Assembly (NCBI GenBank): GCA_040767085.1 | Contig: JAXGPF010000003.1 | Coordinates: 160,001-224,000, forward strand | Source: Kiritimatiellia bacterium | Lineage (GTDB): Bacteria; Verrucomicrobiota; Kiritimatiellia; JAAZAB01 | Direction of reading: 5' to 3' | DNA length: 64,000 nt | In this document: one piece after another, positions 21,580 through 30,708 of the stretch | Position numbering within the stretch: position 1 is the stretch's first letter | Layout of the letters: each line of letters begins with the position of its first letter | The notes under the pieces: model-generated | The model's input: the letters and a program-made list of their open reading frames with translations, nothing else | Databases searched by the model: none | What the model was told of the DNA's origin: nothing | Program-made: the position numbers and the translations under genes

Positions 21580-22527
21580 TCAGGGAATGCGCAAGCGTTG
21601 TCCAAGCTGCACCTTGGCTTCCGGCAGGTTGTTCAGTTTAACGATATCGTTTACCGATACCACGTACAGGCGCGCGATGTATTCCAAGTCCTCATTGGCC
21701 TGCACCACGTGAACAATTTCCTGGCCGGCGGCGGGCGCGGCGGCTTCGGGGCCTTCAGCCGGGGCTTCCGGGGCGGCCGCAGCGGCGGGCGCGCTGACTG
21801 CCGGGGCGGCCGGAGCGGGCTCCTGCGCGGCGGGCGCCGCCGGCGCGCTGACTGGTGCGGGCGCCGCCGCAGGCGCGGTTTCCGCGGTAGCAGACGCAGG
21901 CGATGCCTTATGCGCCGCCGGCGCCGAACCGGCAACGGTCAGTTTCTGTCCAACCTTGATCAGGTCGCCGTCCAGCTTATTCAATTCGCGCAAGGTGCTG
22001 ACCTTGGTCTGATAACGGTGGGCGATGCCGCTGAGGGTATCGCCCGCCTGCACCACGTATTCGTTCGGCCCGGCGGCTGCCGCGGCGGATTTCGCGGAGC
22101 CCGCGGCCTTGGCCTTGGGCTTCTCAGGCTGATGCAAGGTCACGCCCGGGCGCACCGGGATAATCAGCTTCTGGCCAACACGAATCTTGTTGGGCTCGCT
22201 GATCTTGTTCAAATCCATGATTTGTTTGACGGACACCTTATGGCGCGCGGCGATCTTGGACAGCGCATCACCGGACTTCACGACATATTCCACCGTTTCT
22301 ACCGGCGCGGCCGGGGCCGGCGCGGGACGCTTGACCACGGGCTTGGGCGGCGGCGGCAATTCCTCCGGGGGGAGCGCCGGCTGGTCAATCACCGGCTCCG
22401 GCATAACGGGCGGAGTCGGCGGCATGGTCGTATCCCTGGTGGTTCCGCAACCCTGGATGAAAAACAGCGATCCAATCGCAGCCGCGTGCAACAACACCAC
22501 AATAACCACCAAAACCGGCGTTTTCAT
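21580..22527 (-). CDS. LysM repeat peptidoglycan-binding protein
   Basis: Three LysM repeats (YVVKSGDALSKIA, YVVQAGDTLSGIA, HVVQANEDLEYIA); N-terminal TM/lipoprotein signal. Confidence 0.9.
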   Translation of the reverse strand: MKTPVLVVIVVLLHAAAIGSLFFIQGCGTTRDTTMPPTPPVMPEPVIDQPALPPEELPPPPKPVVKRPAPAPAAPVETVEYVVKSGDALSKIAARHKVSVKQIMDLNKISEPNKIRVGQKLIIPVRPGVTLHQPEKPKAKAAGSAKSAAAAAGPNEYVVQAGDTLSGIAHRYQTKVSTLRELNKLDGDLIKVGQKLTVAGSAPAAHKASPASATAETAPAAAPAPVSAPAAPAAQEPAPAAPAVSAPAAAAAPEAPAEGPEAAAPAAGQEIVHVVQANEDLEYIARLYVVSVNDIVKLNNLPEAKVQLGQRLRIP

Positions 22528-22638
22528 TCGCTGACTCCTTTTTTGCTGAAACGAACGACCAGCATTATAAACTGGCAGGTATCACCCAAAAAAAAGTTGC
22601 CGCATGCCTGCGGGGCTACCCCCGCTTCTTTTTTTGGA

Positions 22639-22667
22639 AATATCGCCTTGGTGCGCGCAATTGTCAA
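22639..22667 (-). promoter_or_regulatory. Putative sigma70 promoter for lysM-ftsW
   Basis: TTGACA-17 nt-GATATT on the minus strand. Confidence 0.45.
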
Positions 22668-23341
22668 GCATTTTTTACCGGCGTTTTCACCGGCGCATGC
22701 AGGTAGATCGGCCGCACCGGCTCCGAGGCCACGGCATCGGCCAGGCGCATCGCCGCCAGCCGCGCCAGCGCGGCAGCCGTCGGATAAACAGCGGATTGGA
22801 TCAACTCCGTTTGCCCCGGCGCCGCGGCCTGTAGCAGTGCGCCAAGACGCGGCCAATCGGAAGTCGCGGCCACCAGGCCGGGGCGCCAGGGTAAGGCATC
22901 GGGCGCGCATAATTCCCAGCCGGTTTCTGTAATTAACGGCGCCAGGCCGCGGGAACGAAACACGCGATACCACAAATGGCCGCGGCGCGCGTCGCCCACG
23001 ACCATGATCGGCAAGCCATTATACTGCGGCGCCAACTGCCAGGCCAGCGCCTCGGCGCTGCTCAAGGCGTACAGCCGCTGGCGGCCGGGCAAGGCGCAAG
23101 CCGTCACCAGCGCGATGGCGCTGCGCAAGCCGCTGTAAGCGCCCGGACCTACACCCAAAACAAAACAATCCACCCGCGCCAGGTCCAAGACGCCTGCGGT
23201 CTGCAGCGCGGTCAATTCCCGCGCCAGCGCCTGGTTGGCGCCGGCGCCATCATCCCAGGCGCGTTCCGCCGTTAATTCCGTGCCGCGCATGACCGCCAGG
23301 CTGCCGCGGGAAGTTGACTGATCTACCGCCAAGTACAACAT
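22664..23341 (-). CDS. tsaB: tRNA threonylcarbamoyladenosine biosynthesis protein TsaB
   Basis: YLAVDQST, GVGPGAYSGLR, DARRG, C-terminal PIYL. Confidence 0.88.
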   Translation of the reverse strand: MLYLAVDQSTSRGSLAVMRGTELTAERAWDDGAGANQALARELTALQTAGVLDLARVDCFVLGVGPGAYSGLRSAIALVTACALPGRQRLYALSSAEALAWQLAPQYNGLPIMVVGDARRGHLWYRVFRSRGLAPLITETGWELCAPDALPWRPGLVAATSDWPRLGALLQAAAPGQTELIQSAVYPTAAALARLAAMRLADAVASEPVRPIYLHAPVKTPVKNA

Positions 23342-23550
23342 TGCATTTTCCCTTTGTTTGGGCATTATACCTGATGCCGCCAGCCGCCGCAACCATGGAA
23401 ATCGGCCGGCGGTTATGATACCGTCTTTTTAAATTTACCTGAGTTGCTTTTAAAAGTCTCGGACGACGTGGAAGTCGTCTCTCCAAAACAGGCAAGGCGG
23501 CCTGGGACCACAGTCCGGCAACCACCTGACCGCCGTCGCTTAACACCATC

Positions 23551-25431
23551 ATGATCCCCGTCCCCAAAAAAGCCGTCATCCTGGCCGCCGGACTCGGCAC
23601 GCGCATGCGCCCGCTGAGCTTCGATACGCCCAAACCGTTGATGCCGCTCTGGAACGAACCCCTGCTTGACCTCGTCCTGGCGCATGTCCGCGACTGGGGC
23701 GTCCGCGACATCCTGATCAACCTCCATCACGCTCCGCAGGCCATTCTGGAACACCTGCGCCGCCGGCCGCCCGCGGGCTTGCGGGTTAATTTGTCCTTCG
23801 AACCGGAAATTCTCGGCACCGGCGGCGCCCTGCGCCGCGCCGCCTGGTTCCTGGACCAACATCCCTTCTGGATGGTCAATGCCGATATCGTCTTCAACGT
23901 GGATATCCGCCCGCTGCTGCGCTGCATGCGCCGCGCTCAACCGCTGGCAACCCTCTGGCTGACCGACCGCGCCGGACCGCGCACGGTGGCCATGCAACGG
24001 GGCTGGATTCACAACTTCCGCAGCCGGACCCCGGGCGCGCCGGATACTTTCACCTTCACCGGCCTGCACCTGTTGTCGCCGCGGATTCTGCAATTCCTGC
24101 CGCCGGCCGGTTATGCTTCCATTGTTGATGCCTATGAAAAAGCCCTGGCCGCCGGCCGGCGCATCGCCGGCATCTGCCCGTCCGGCGCATATTGGAGCGA
24201 CCTGGGCACCCCCGCGGCTTACCTGGAAGCGCATGCGGCAAGCGCCCCGCGCCGGCCGGGAGCGTGTCCGCCGCAGCTTTTCACCGCGGCGGCGTCGGAC
24301 GCTCAAATTGTTCCGGGGGCGGATACGGCACGCGCCGTCATCTGGAGCGGCGCGCGGCTGGGGCCGAACGCCGTTGCGCATGACGCCATTATCGGGCGGG
24401 GCTGCGCCGTCAACCATCATGTGCCCAGCCTGGCCGTCAGGGCCGATTGCCTCCCCCGCGATCCCGCCATCCAAACAGCGTTGTCGCAATTGGGGTGGCC
24501 GGCGGCAGACACCGCCGTGATTCCGCTGGAACCGCGCGGCTCAGCGCGCGTCTTCACGCGCCTGGCCCGCGGCCACCGGAGCGTCATCATGATCCAATAC
24601 CGGCTGGAGCGCGCGGAAAACGGCTGGTACGCCCGGCATGCCCGGCTGCTCGAGTCGGCCGGAGTGGATGTGCCGCGCCTCATCTACGATTGCCCGCGCC
24701 GCAAAATAATACTGCTGGAAGACCTGGGGCGGGAGACGCTGGAAGACCGGGCGAACCAACTCCGCGCGCGCCGGCCGGCCGACATCCGCCGGCTGTATCA
24801 GCCGGTGCTGGACAACCTGCTGCGGCTGCACGCCCTTGGCGCGCGGCCGGCCAGCCGGCGCCATGTCAGGATGGCCGGCGGCTTCACCCCACGGCTCTAC
24901 AAATGGGAACGCGGGTTTTTCGCGCGGCAGTTTCTGCGCCGGCACTCCGCCTGCGGGGAATCCGTTATCCGGGGCATCCTTGCGGAACTCCGGCAGTCCG
25001 CCGCCATCCTGCGCGCCAGTCCATACACCCTGGTTCATCGCGACCTGCAATCCACCAATGTCCTCTACCGGGGGCGCACGCCATGCTTCATTGACTTCCA
25101 GGGGATGCGGCCCGGCCCGGCCGCATACGACCTGGCATCCTTGCTGTGCGATCCCTACGTGGAATTACCCGCCGCCTGCCTGCCCGAACTGCTGGCATAC
25201 TACAACCGGCATCTGCCGGCCCGCCGCCGCATCGGTGAAAAGATTTTCTGGCATGCCGCCGTGGAACGCCTGGCGCAGGCGCTGGGCGCCTATGGCCGGC
25301 TCGGCGCCGAACCGGCCACCCGGCGCTTCCTCCGCTTCATCCCGCCGGCACTCCGCCGGATGGACGCCGCCTTGCAGCAACTGCAGGCGCACCCCGTCCT
25401 GGCTGACGCAGTACGGCAAATGCTGGCGTAA
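23551..25431 (+). CDS. Fusion of sugar-phosphate nucleotidyltransferase (MurU-like) and APH-family kinase (AmgK-like)
   Basis: AVILAAGLGTRMRPL..PKPL and WSDLGT, then GSARVFTR, LLEDLG, HRDLQSTN, IDFQG, YDLASLL. Confidence 0.8.
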   Translation: MIPVPKKAVILAAGLGTRMRPLSFDTPKPLMPLWNEPLLDLVLAHVRDWGVRDILINLHHAPQAILEHLRRRPPAGLRVNLSFEPEILGTGGALRRAAWFLDQHPFWMVNADIVFNVDIRPLLRCMRRAQPLATLWLTDRAGPRTVAMQRGWIHNFRSRTPGAPDTFTFTGLHLLSPRILQFLPPAGYASIVDAYEKALAAGRRIAGICPSGAYWSDLGTPAAYLEAHAASAPRRPGACPPQLFTAAASDAQIVPGADTARAVIWSGARLGPNAVAHDAIIGRGCAVNHHVPSLAVRADCLPRDPAIQTALSQLGWPAADTAVIPLEPRGSARVFTRLARGHRSVIMIQYRLERAENGWYARHARLLESAGVDVPRLIYDCPRRKIILLEDLGRETLEDRANQLRARRPADIRRLYQPVLDNLLRLHALGARPASRRHVRMAGGFTPRLYKWERGFFARQFLRRHSACGESVIRGILAELRQSAAILRASPYTLVHRDLQSTNVLYRGRTPCFIDFQGMRPGPAAYDLASLLCDPYVELPAACLPELLAYYNRHLPARRRIGEKIFWHAAVERLAQALGAYGRLGAEPATRRFLRFIPPALRRMDAALQQLQAHPVLADAVRQMLA

Positions 25432-25456
25432 ATGTGCGACGCCCCCGGCGGAAAAA

Positions 25457-26482
25457 TCACGCCTTCTGGCCGGCCAATGCCTCCAGTTGCCGAACCAGGT
25501 CCGCAGACAAGGGCGGGGCTTGCAGCGCCGCGATATTCTCGCGCATGTGCTCCCAGCGGCTGGTCCCCGCAATCACGGTGGAAACCGCCGGATGCCGCAA
25601 GACATACAACAGCGCCAGTTGCGCGGTCGTATAAGTTCCGCCGGCCAGGGCTTGCAAAGCCGCGCCTTTCGCGGCCAGCGCGCGCTTGCCGGCCAGGTCC
25701 TGCCAACTGCGCCGGTCGTCGGCGGCAAAGGCGCTGTCCGCCAACAGACTGCCGGCCAGGAATCCCGCGCCAAACACGCCGCGAGCCACGATCCCCACCC
25801 CGTTTGCCGCAGCTACCGGCAGCAATTCAGCGATCGCCGCCGGCGTCTGCAGGCTGATGGACTGCTGCAACACATCCACCGCGCCCTGGCGGATCAGAGC
25901 GCAACCGAGGTCGTTCGGGCCCAGCGACACGCCCACGAAACGCGCCTTGCCCATCCGGCGGATTTCCTGCAGGGCTTCCAGGCATTCGCCGCGCTCGATG
26001 TCGGCGCGGCTGGGGCCGTGCAGCAAATAAACATCCACCGCATCCATCCGCAGCCGCCGCAGGCTTTCGTCCGCCTGCGCCAGGATGCGCACCCGGCTGA
26101 AATCCGACCAAGCCCGGCCATGCTCCGCACCATGCCCGCCCTTGGTGCAGACGATCCAGGCGTCGCGGCAGCCGCGCAAGGCGCGGCCAACCAGCTCCTC
26201 GCTGTGCCCATCGCCGTAAATCGGCGCGGTGTCAATGAAATTCACGCCCGTGTCCCGGCAGCGGCCGATTAAATCCAGGGAAACGCGATCGTCCGTGCGC
26301 CCCCAGCCGTGCGCAATCGTGCCCAGCTTGTCGAAAGTCAGATTCACCGCGCCGCCGATTTCCCACGCGCCCAGGCTGACGGCGGAAACCTGCAATCCCG
26401 TCCGGCCGAGCGGACGGTATTCCATGCCGGCGGGCCGGCCGCCATCCTGCTTTTGAACATTCACATCTGTTTGATTTGCCAT
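25457..26482 (-). CDS. Aldo/keto reductase
   Basis: YRPLGRTG, FIDTAPIYGDGHSE, SLRRL..DVYLLHGP. Confidence 0.92.
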   Translation of the reverse strand: MANQTDVNVQKQDGGRPAGMEYRPLGRTGLQVSAVSLGAWEIGGAVNLTFDKLGTIAHGWGRTDDRVSLDLIGRCRDTGVNFIDTAPIYGDGHSEELVGRALRGCRDAWIVCTKGGHGAEHGRAWSDFSRVRILAQADESLRRLRMDAVDVYLLHGPSRADIERGECLEALQEIRRMGKARFVGVSLGPNDLGCALIRQGAVDVLQQSISLQTPAAIAELLPVAAANGVGIVARGVFGAGFLAGSLLADSAFAADDRRSWQDLAGKRALAAKGAALQALAGGTYTTAQLALLYVLRHPAVSTVIAGTSRWEHMRENIAALQAPPLSADLVRQLEALAGQKA

Positions 26483-26554
26483 GCTTTTCCCTTATTGCTG
26501 TTACCGTATAAAATCATGAAAATTACCGTATAATCTGAATTGCACAATTTAATT

Positions 26555-27640
26555 TCACTTCAATATCCGCGCGGTTTCTTCCAACTGGTCCATGATCGGC
26601 AGTTTATTCGGGCATTTCGGCTCGCAGGCGCCGCAGCGCCGGCAGGCATCGGCCCGCTTCCCGGGTTCCAGCGCCGCATACTGCGCGCGCGCCCAGTCCT
26701 GCATGCCGTATACCTTATGATGATTGTAGAGGCGGAAGTTGCCAGGGATATCCACGCCATGAGGGCATTCCATGCAATAGCCGCACATGGTGCAAAACTT
26801 AGCGCCCAGCGCCTGAAACTCATCCAGGATCGCATCCATCCGCCGCCAGTCCTCCGCGTGGGCGCCGCGGAAATTTTCGGCCGTTTTCAGGTTCTCCCGC
26901 AGCATCGCCAGCGTATTCATGCCGGAGCAGGCGGTGCTGACATCCGGGTTGGCCAGCACAAACCGCAAGGCCGCGCCGGCCATGGTTTGCGCGCCGCCGG
27001 GGATGAGTTGCTGCAACCGGGGCGCGGGGCTGGACAGCATCCCCCCCGCCACCGGGCACATAGCGACGACACCCATGCGCAACTCGCCCGCGCGCTTGAT
27101 CACCGGGGCATAGGCGCGGTTCAGCATGTTGTAGGGCACGGTGATACTGTCAAAAATCCCGGTCTCGATGCATTGGATGAAATTTTCCGCCGTATCGTGC
27201 CCCGTGAAGCCGATATGGCCGACGAGGCCTTCGCTGCGGGCCTGGTTCAAGGCCTCCAGCGCGCCGCCCTTTTTCGTCAGCAATGCCAGCTTGGCCAGGC
27301 TGAACCAGCCGACCTGGAAAAACTCCAGGTAGTCCACGCCCAAAATCCGCATTTGCAACTCAATCTCGGCGCGGTAGCTCGCGGCGGTGGTTGCTTCGTT
27401 GACGCCCGCTTTGCCGGAAACAATCAAGCCGCGGCTGCGGCCTTTCAATCCGGGCGCGGTCAGGTGCTGGCACCGGCCGCCGATGTATCCGCGCGTGGTT
27501 TCGAAATAATTGATGCCGGCGGCAATCGCCTCGTCCACAATCCGCGCCGCCAATTCCGGCTGTTCCGGATCAAACCGCATGCAGCCCAAGGCGAGCGAAG
27601 ATACCTTCAGTCCTGTCCGGCCCAAATCGCGATATTTCAT
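26555..27640 (-). CDS. Aldo/keto reductase with C-terminal 4Fe-4S dicluster
   Basis: MKYRDLGRTG..LGCMR; CTMCGYCMECP and CRRCGACEPKCP. Confidence 0.92.
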   Translation of the reverse strand: MKYRDLGRTGLKVSSLALGCMRFDPEQPELAARIVDEAIAAGINYFETTRGYIGGRCQHLTAPGLKGRSRGLIVSGKAGVNEATTAASYRAEIELQMRILGVDYLEFFQVGWFSLAKLALLTKKGGALEALNQARSEGLVGHIGFTGHDTAENFIQCIETGIFDSITVPYNMLNRAYAPVIKRAGELRMGVVAMCPVAGGMLSSPAPRLQQLIPGGAQTMAGAALRFVLANPDVSTACSGMNTLAMLRENLKTAENFRGAHAEDWRRMDAILDEFQALGAKFCTMCGYCMECPHGVDIPGNFRLYNHHKVYGMQDWARAQYAALEPGKRADACRRCGACEPKCPNKLPIMDQLEETARILK

Positions 27641-27690
27641 TAAATTTCCTGACAATTAAAGCCATGCGTTATCGCCAGCCAAGTCTATTG

Positions 27691-27923
27691 CCTGAATCCG
27701 TGATGAGGTCAGTATGCCGCGGATGCGAGGCGCGAAGGATGAAGCTGTATAAATATACCGCGAATCCTTCGCAACAAAGCAGATGCGGCATAATGGCCTC
27801 ACCCGCAGGGCGGTCTTTTCCGCCAAACAACGCCGTGTGTTTTTGGTGATATTTTAAAATGACATAAATTGTTGTTGGTACGCACATTATCTTGACAACA
27901 TAAAATTCCGTCACGGATTCAGG
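27691..27923. mobile_element. 233-bp MITE with IS1380-like ends
   Basis: Perfect 13-bp TIR CCTGAATCCGTGA (27691-27703 / 27911-27923); 5-bp direct repeat TATTG on both flanks; internal long hairpin. Confidence 0.85.
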
Positions 27924-28181
27924 TATTGCCTATGATTTATACAGGATTCCAATGAATATTTCGACTTTTTTCGTTTATTTCTGTGGTTTATTTCTTGACA
28001 ATTTACCAGCAAGAAACATATTATAAATAATAAGAATGCGGCAAGTGCCGGATAAGTGCCGTACGCGGGGCTGAAAAATCTTTTTGCGCAAACGGCGCGG
28101 GATGAATTTTGCCGGATGGCATAGCCCTGATTAACAAACTCGCCGTGTATTCGCGCGGCGCAAACACAAGGAGAATGCCGA

Positions 28182-29951
28182 ATGAAAAAATGCTTGAAAC
28201 TGCAATGGGCGCTCGCCGCCGCGCTGGGCGCGGCCGCCTGCTTTGCCACTGCCCAAACACCCGCGGACGAGCAAGCTGCGCAAACTCCGGTTAAAGCCGT
28301 CGTCGACGCCGGCAAGGAAATCGGCGGCGCTGCCGCTGAAACCACCCGGGGTGTGGTGCGCGGTGTAGGAGAAGCCGGCAGCGAGATCGGAGGAGCGCTG
28401 AAAAGCGGCGGCGGCACAGTCGTGGAACAGAGCCAGAGCATCTGGCGGGAAACCGTCATTCCGGCGCTGGAACGCACTTCCAGCGCGCTGCCCGGGGTGA
28501 TCAAGGCCATTATCCTGCTGGTTGCCTTCTGGATTGTCGCCCGGCTCGTCGGCGGCTTGGTGGCCAAGCTGCTGGGGATGACCCGGCTGGACAACCGGGC
28601 CGCCAAGGAACTCGGGTTGGAAAAGATGCTGCAAAAGCCCGACGGCACCCGGCGCTCCCTGGAGGCCATGGCCGGCAGTCTGGTCAAGTGGGTGATCCTG
28701 CTGTTTGGCTTCATTGCATTCTTCAATGCCCTGAACCTGCAGATGGTGGCCGGACCGCTGCAGAACATCGTTGATAAAATCGTGGGAGTCATCCCTAATC
28801 TGCTCAAGGCGGCTGTGATCCTGTTTGTGTACTGGGCCGTAGCCACGCTGGTGAAAATTGGCTTAACCAAGGGGCTGGGCGCGTTGAAATTCGATACCCG
28901 GGCAGCCAAATATTTCCCCGCGCGCGAAATCAAGGGCGAGCAGGTCGGTCCCAGCGCCATGCTCGGGCGGTTGCTGTTTTACGTGATCCTGCTCTTCGGC
29001 ATTCCGCCGTTCCTGGATGCCCTGGGACAACAATCCCTGGTCGCCCCCTTGCAGGAAATGCTGGCCAAGACCCTGGCCTTCCTACCCAACATCATCGCCG
29101 CCGCCATTATCGTGTTTATCGGCAGCATCGTGGCTACAATTGTCCGCGAATTGACAACTAATTTCCTGGCGACGGTCGGCGCCGATGAAGGCGCGCGCAA
29201 GCTGGGCTTTGACAAGATGGCCGGCGGGAAAAAACTTTCCGGTATCATCGGGCTGATCGCCTATTTCTTCATCCTGGTGCCGATCATCATTTCCGCCGTG
29301 GATGCTTTACAGATCAAGGCGATAGCCGATCCCGTCAAGACCACCCTGGAAGCCGTGCTGGCGGCCGTGCCGGCCGTCATCGTGGCTGCGGTGATCGTTA
29401 TTATCGGATACGCCATCGCCAAGGTGGTGCGCGGCCTGGTCGCGTCGCTGTTGAGCGGCATCGGGTTCGACGCGCTGCCGGACAAGGTCGGCCTGGAATT
29501 CCTCAGGCCCAAGGGCCAGGCAACCCTCTCCGCCATTGCCGGGACGGTCGTAATGGCGGTTATTTTGCTGCTGACGGCGCAACAGGCGCTGGACAGCCTC
29601 GGATTCGCGCAATTGGCGGCATTGGCAGACAGCATTGTGCGCTACCTGCCGCATCTCGTGGTCGGCCTGGTAATCCTGTTTGCCGCCTTGAGCCTCGGCA
29701 AATACGTCGGCGGCCTGGTGGCGCAAGCCGCTTCCGGCTCGCCACACGCTAAACTGCTGGCCATCATCGCACGCTACGCGATCATCTTCCTTGGCGCCGG
29801 CATGGCTTTGGATCAGCTCGGGGTGAGCGAACAAATCGTCATCACGGCTGTCAGCGCCGTGCTGGGCGGCGCGGCCCTGGCGCTGGGGCTGGCTTTCGGC
29901 CTGGGCGGCAAGGACAAAGCCCGGGAAATTATCGAAAACTCCAAACAATAA
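28182..29951 (+). CDS. TM-helix-repeat membrane protein (CmpX/MscS-associated)
   Basis: Repeated 'LP.II.A..I...G..IA..VR' units; C-terminal ALAFGLGGKD. Confidence 0.8.
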   Translation: MKKCLKLQWALAAALGAAACFATAQTPADEQAAQTPVKAVVDAGKEIGGAAAETTRGVVRGVGEAGSEIGGALKSGGGTVVEQSQSIWRETVIPALERTSSALPGVIKAIILLVAFWIVARLVGGLVAKLLGMTRLDNRAAKELGLEKMLQKPDGTRRSLEAMAGSLVKWVILLFGFIAFFNALNLQMVAGPLQNIVDKIVGVIPNLLKAAVILFVYWAVATLVKIGLTKGLGALKFDTRAAKYFPAREIKGEQVGPSAMLGRLLFYVILLFGIPPFLDALGQQSLVAPLQEMLAKTLAFLPNIIAAAIIVFIGSIVATIVRELTTNFLATVGADEGARKLGFDKMAGGKKLSGIIGLIAYFFILVPIIISAVDALQIKAIADPVKTTLEAVLAAVPAVIVAAVIVIIGYAIAKVVRGLVASLLSGIGFDALPDKVGLEFLRPKGQATLSAIAGTVVMAVILLLTAQQALDSLGFAQLAALADSIVRYLPHLVVGLVILFAALSLGKYVGGLVAQAASGSPHAKLLAIIARYAIIFLGAGMALDQLGVSEQIVITAVSAVLGGAALALGLAFGLGGKDKAREIIENSKQ

Positions 29952-30408
29952 TCGACGGAATGAAATGGAGGGGCCGGGCAGTAATGTCCGCGCCCCGCTC
30001 CATTTCCTGTAAGGCGGCTAGATTCCTGGCCGCCTTCCCCGTTACGGTACACTGTTTGTTTTTACCCGCCGGAGGCTAACGCCGGCGAGACGCCTGCCTG
30101 TCATTGCCAATCCGGCAACGTCACAATCCGCAGACCGGCTGCCGCACGCAGTGCGGCACTACAGGAACGGGCCGGATGCCGTCGCAGTGCGGCACTGCAT
30201 TGATCTTCTATCCCGTCTGACGCTGGACACCCGCGCGACGCACCAATTCCGGCGGGGATGGTTTTAGCACCCTGCCGGAATTAACCGGAAATATAAAGGA
30301 TATATTGGATTTTATGCAATTTTAGTGAGAGAATTCAATGAAACAACAAAATCCTTTTCTGATCAACAATTTTATCCTATAATTTTACGTCCGCGAAAAA
30401 ATCCGCGC

Positions 30409-30436
30409 TTGACCATTCCGCCGGCCCGGCTACAAT
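30409..30436 (+). promoter_or_regulatory. sigma70 promoter of tRNA-Gly
   Basis: TTGACC-16 nt-TACAAT, 15 nt before the tRNA. Confidence 0.65.
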
Positions 30437-30450
30437 GAAAAGAATCTTAC

Positions 30451-30522
<72 letters not shown>

Positions 30523-30708
30523 CCCTTAAAACCCTTGTAAAACAAGCCTTTTCTCGTGTTTCCCTGTTTCCCGGCAGCCCTGTAATTGCCATTTAGGGTA
30601 CAATTAGGGGAATTGTTTTCTTGACCGGCGCCCGGCATTGCCTTAGATTGCCCAGTGTAGCCCGGGAATGTTGGTTCCCCTTTTTGTACCCTGATCGGGA
30701 GGCTGGCC

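Noticed and set aside
1-30000. Many long antisense or overlapping ORFs (e.g. 12416-13954, 21574-22932, 24836-26272, 27911-28960)
   Set aside because: Shadow ORFs of GC-rich genes; Arg/Ala/Pro-rich with no motifs
30138-30198. Duplicated CGCAGTGCGGCACT palindrome before the tRNA as an att site or ncRNA
   Set aside because: It looks like an ordinary GTAG-type REP remnant and has no match in the island
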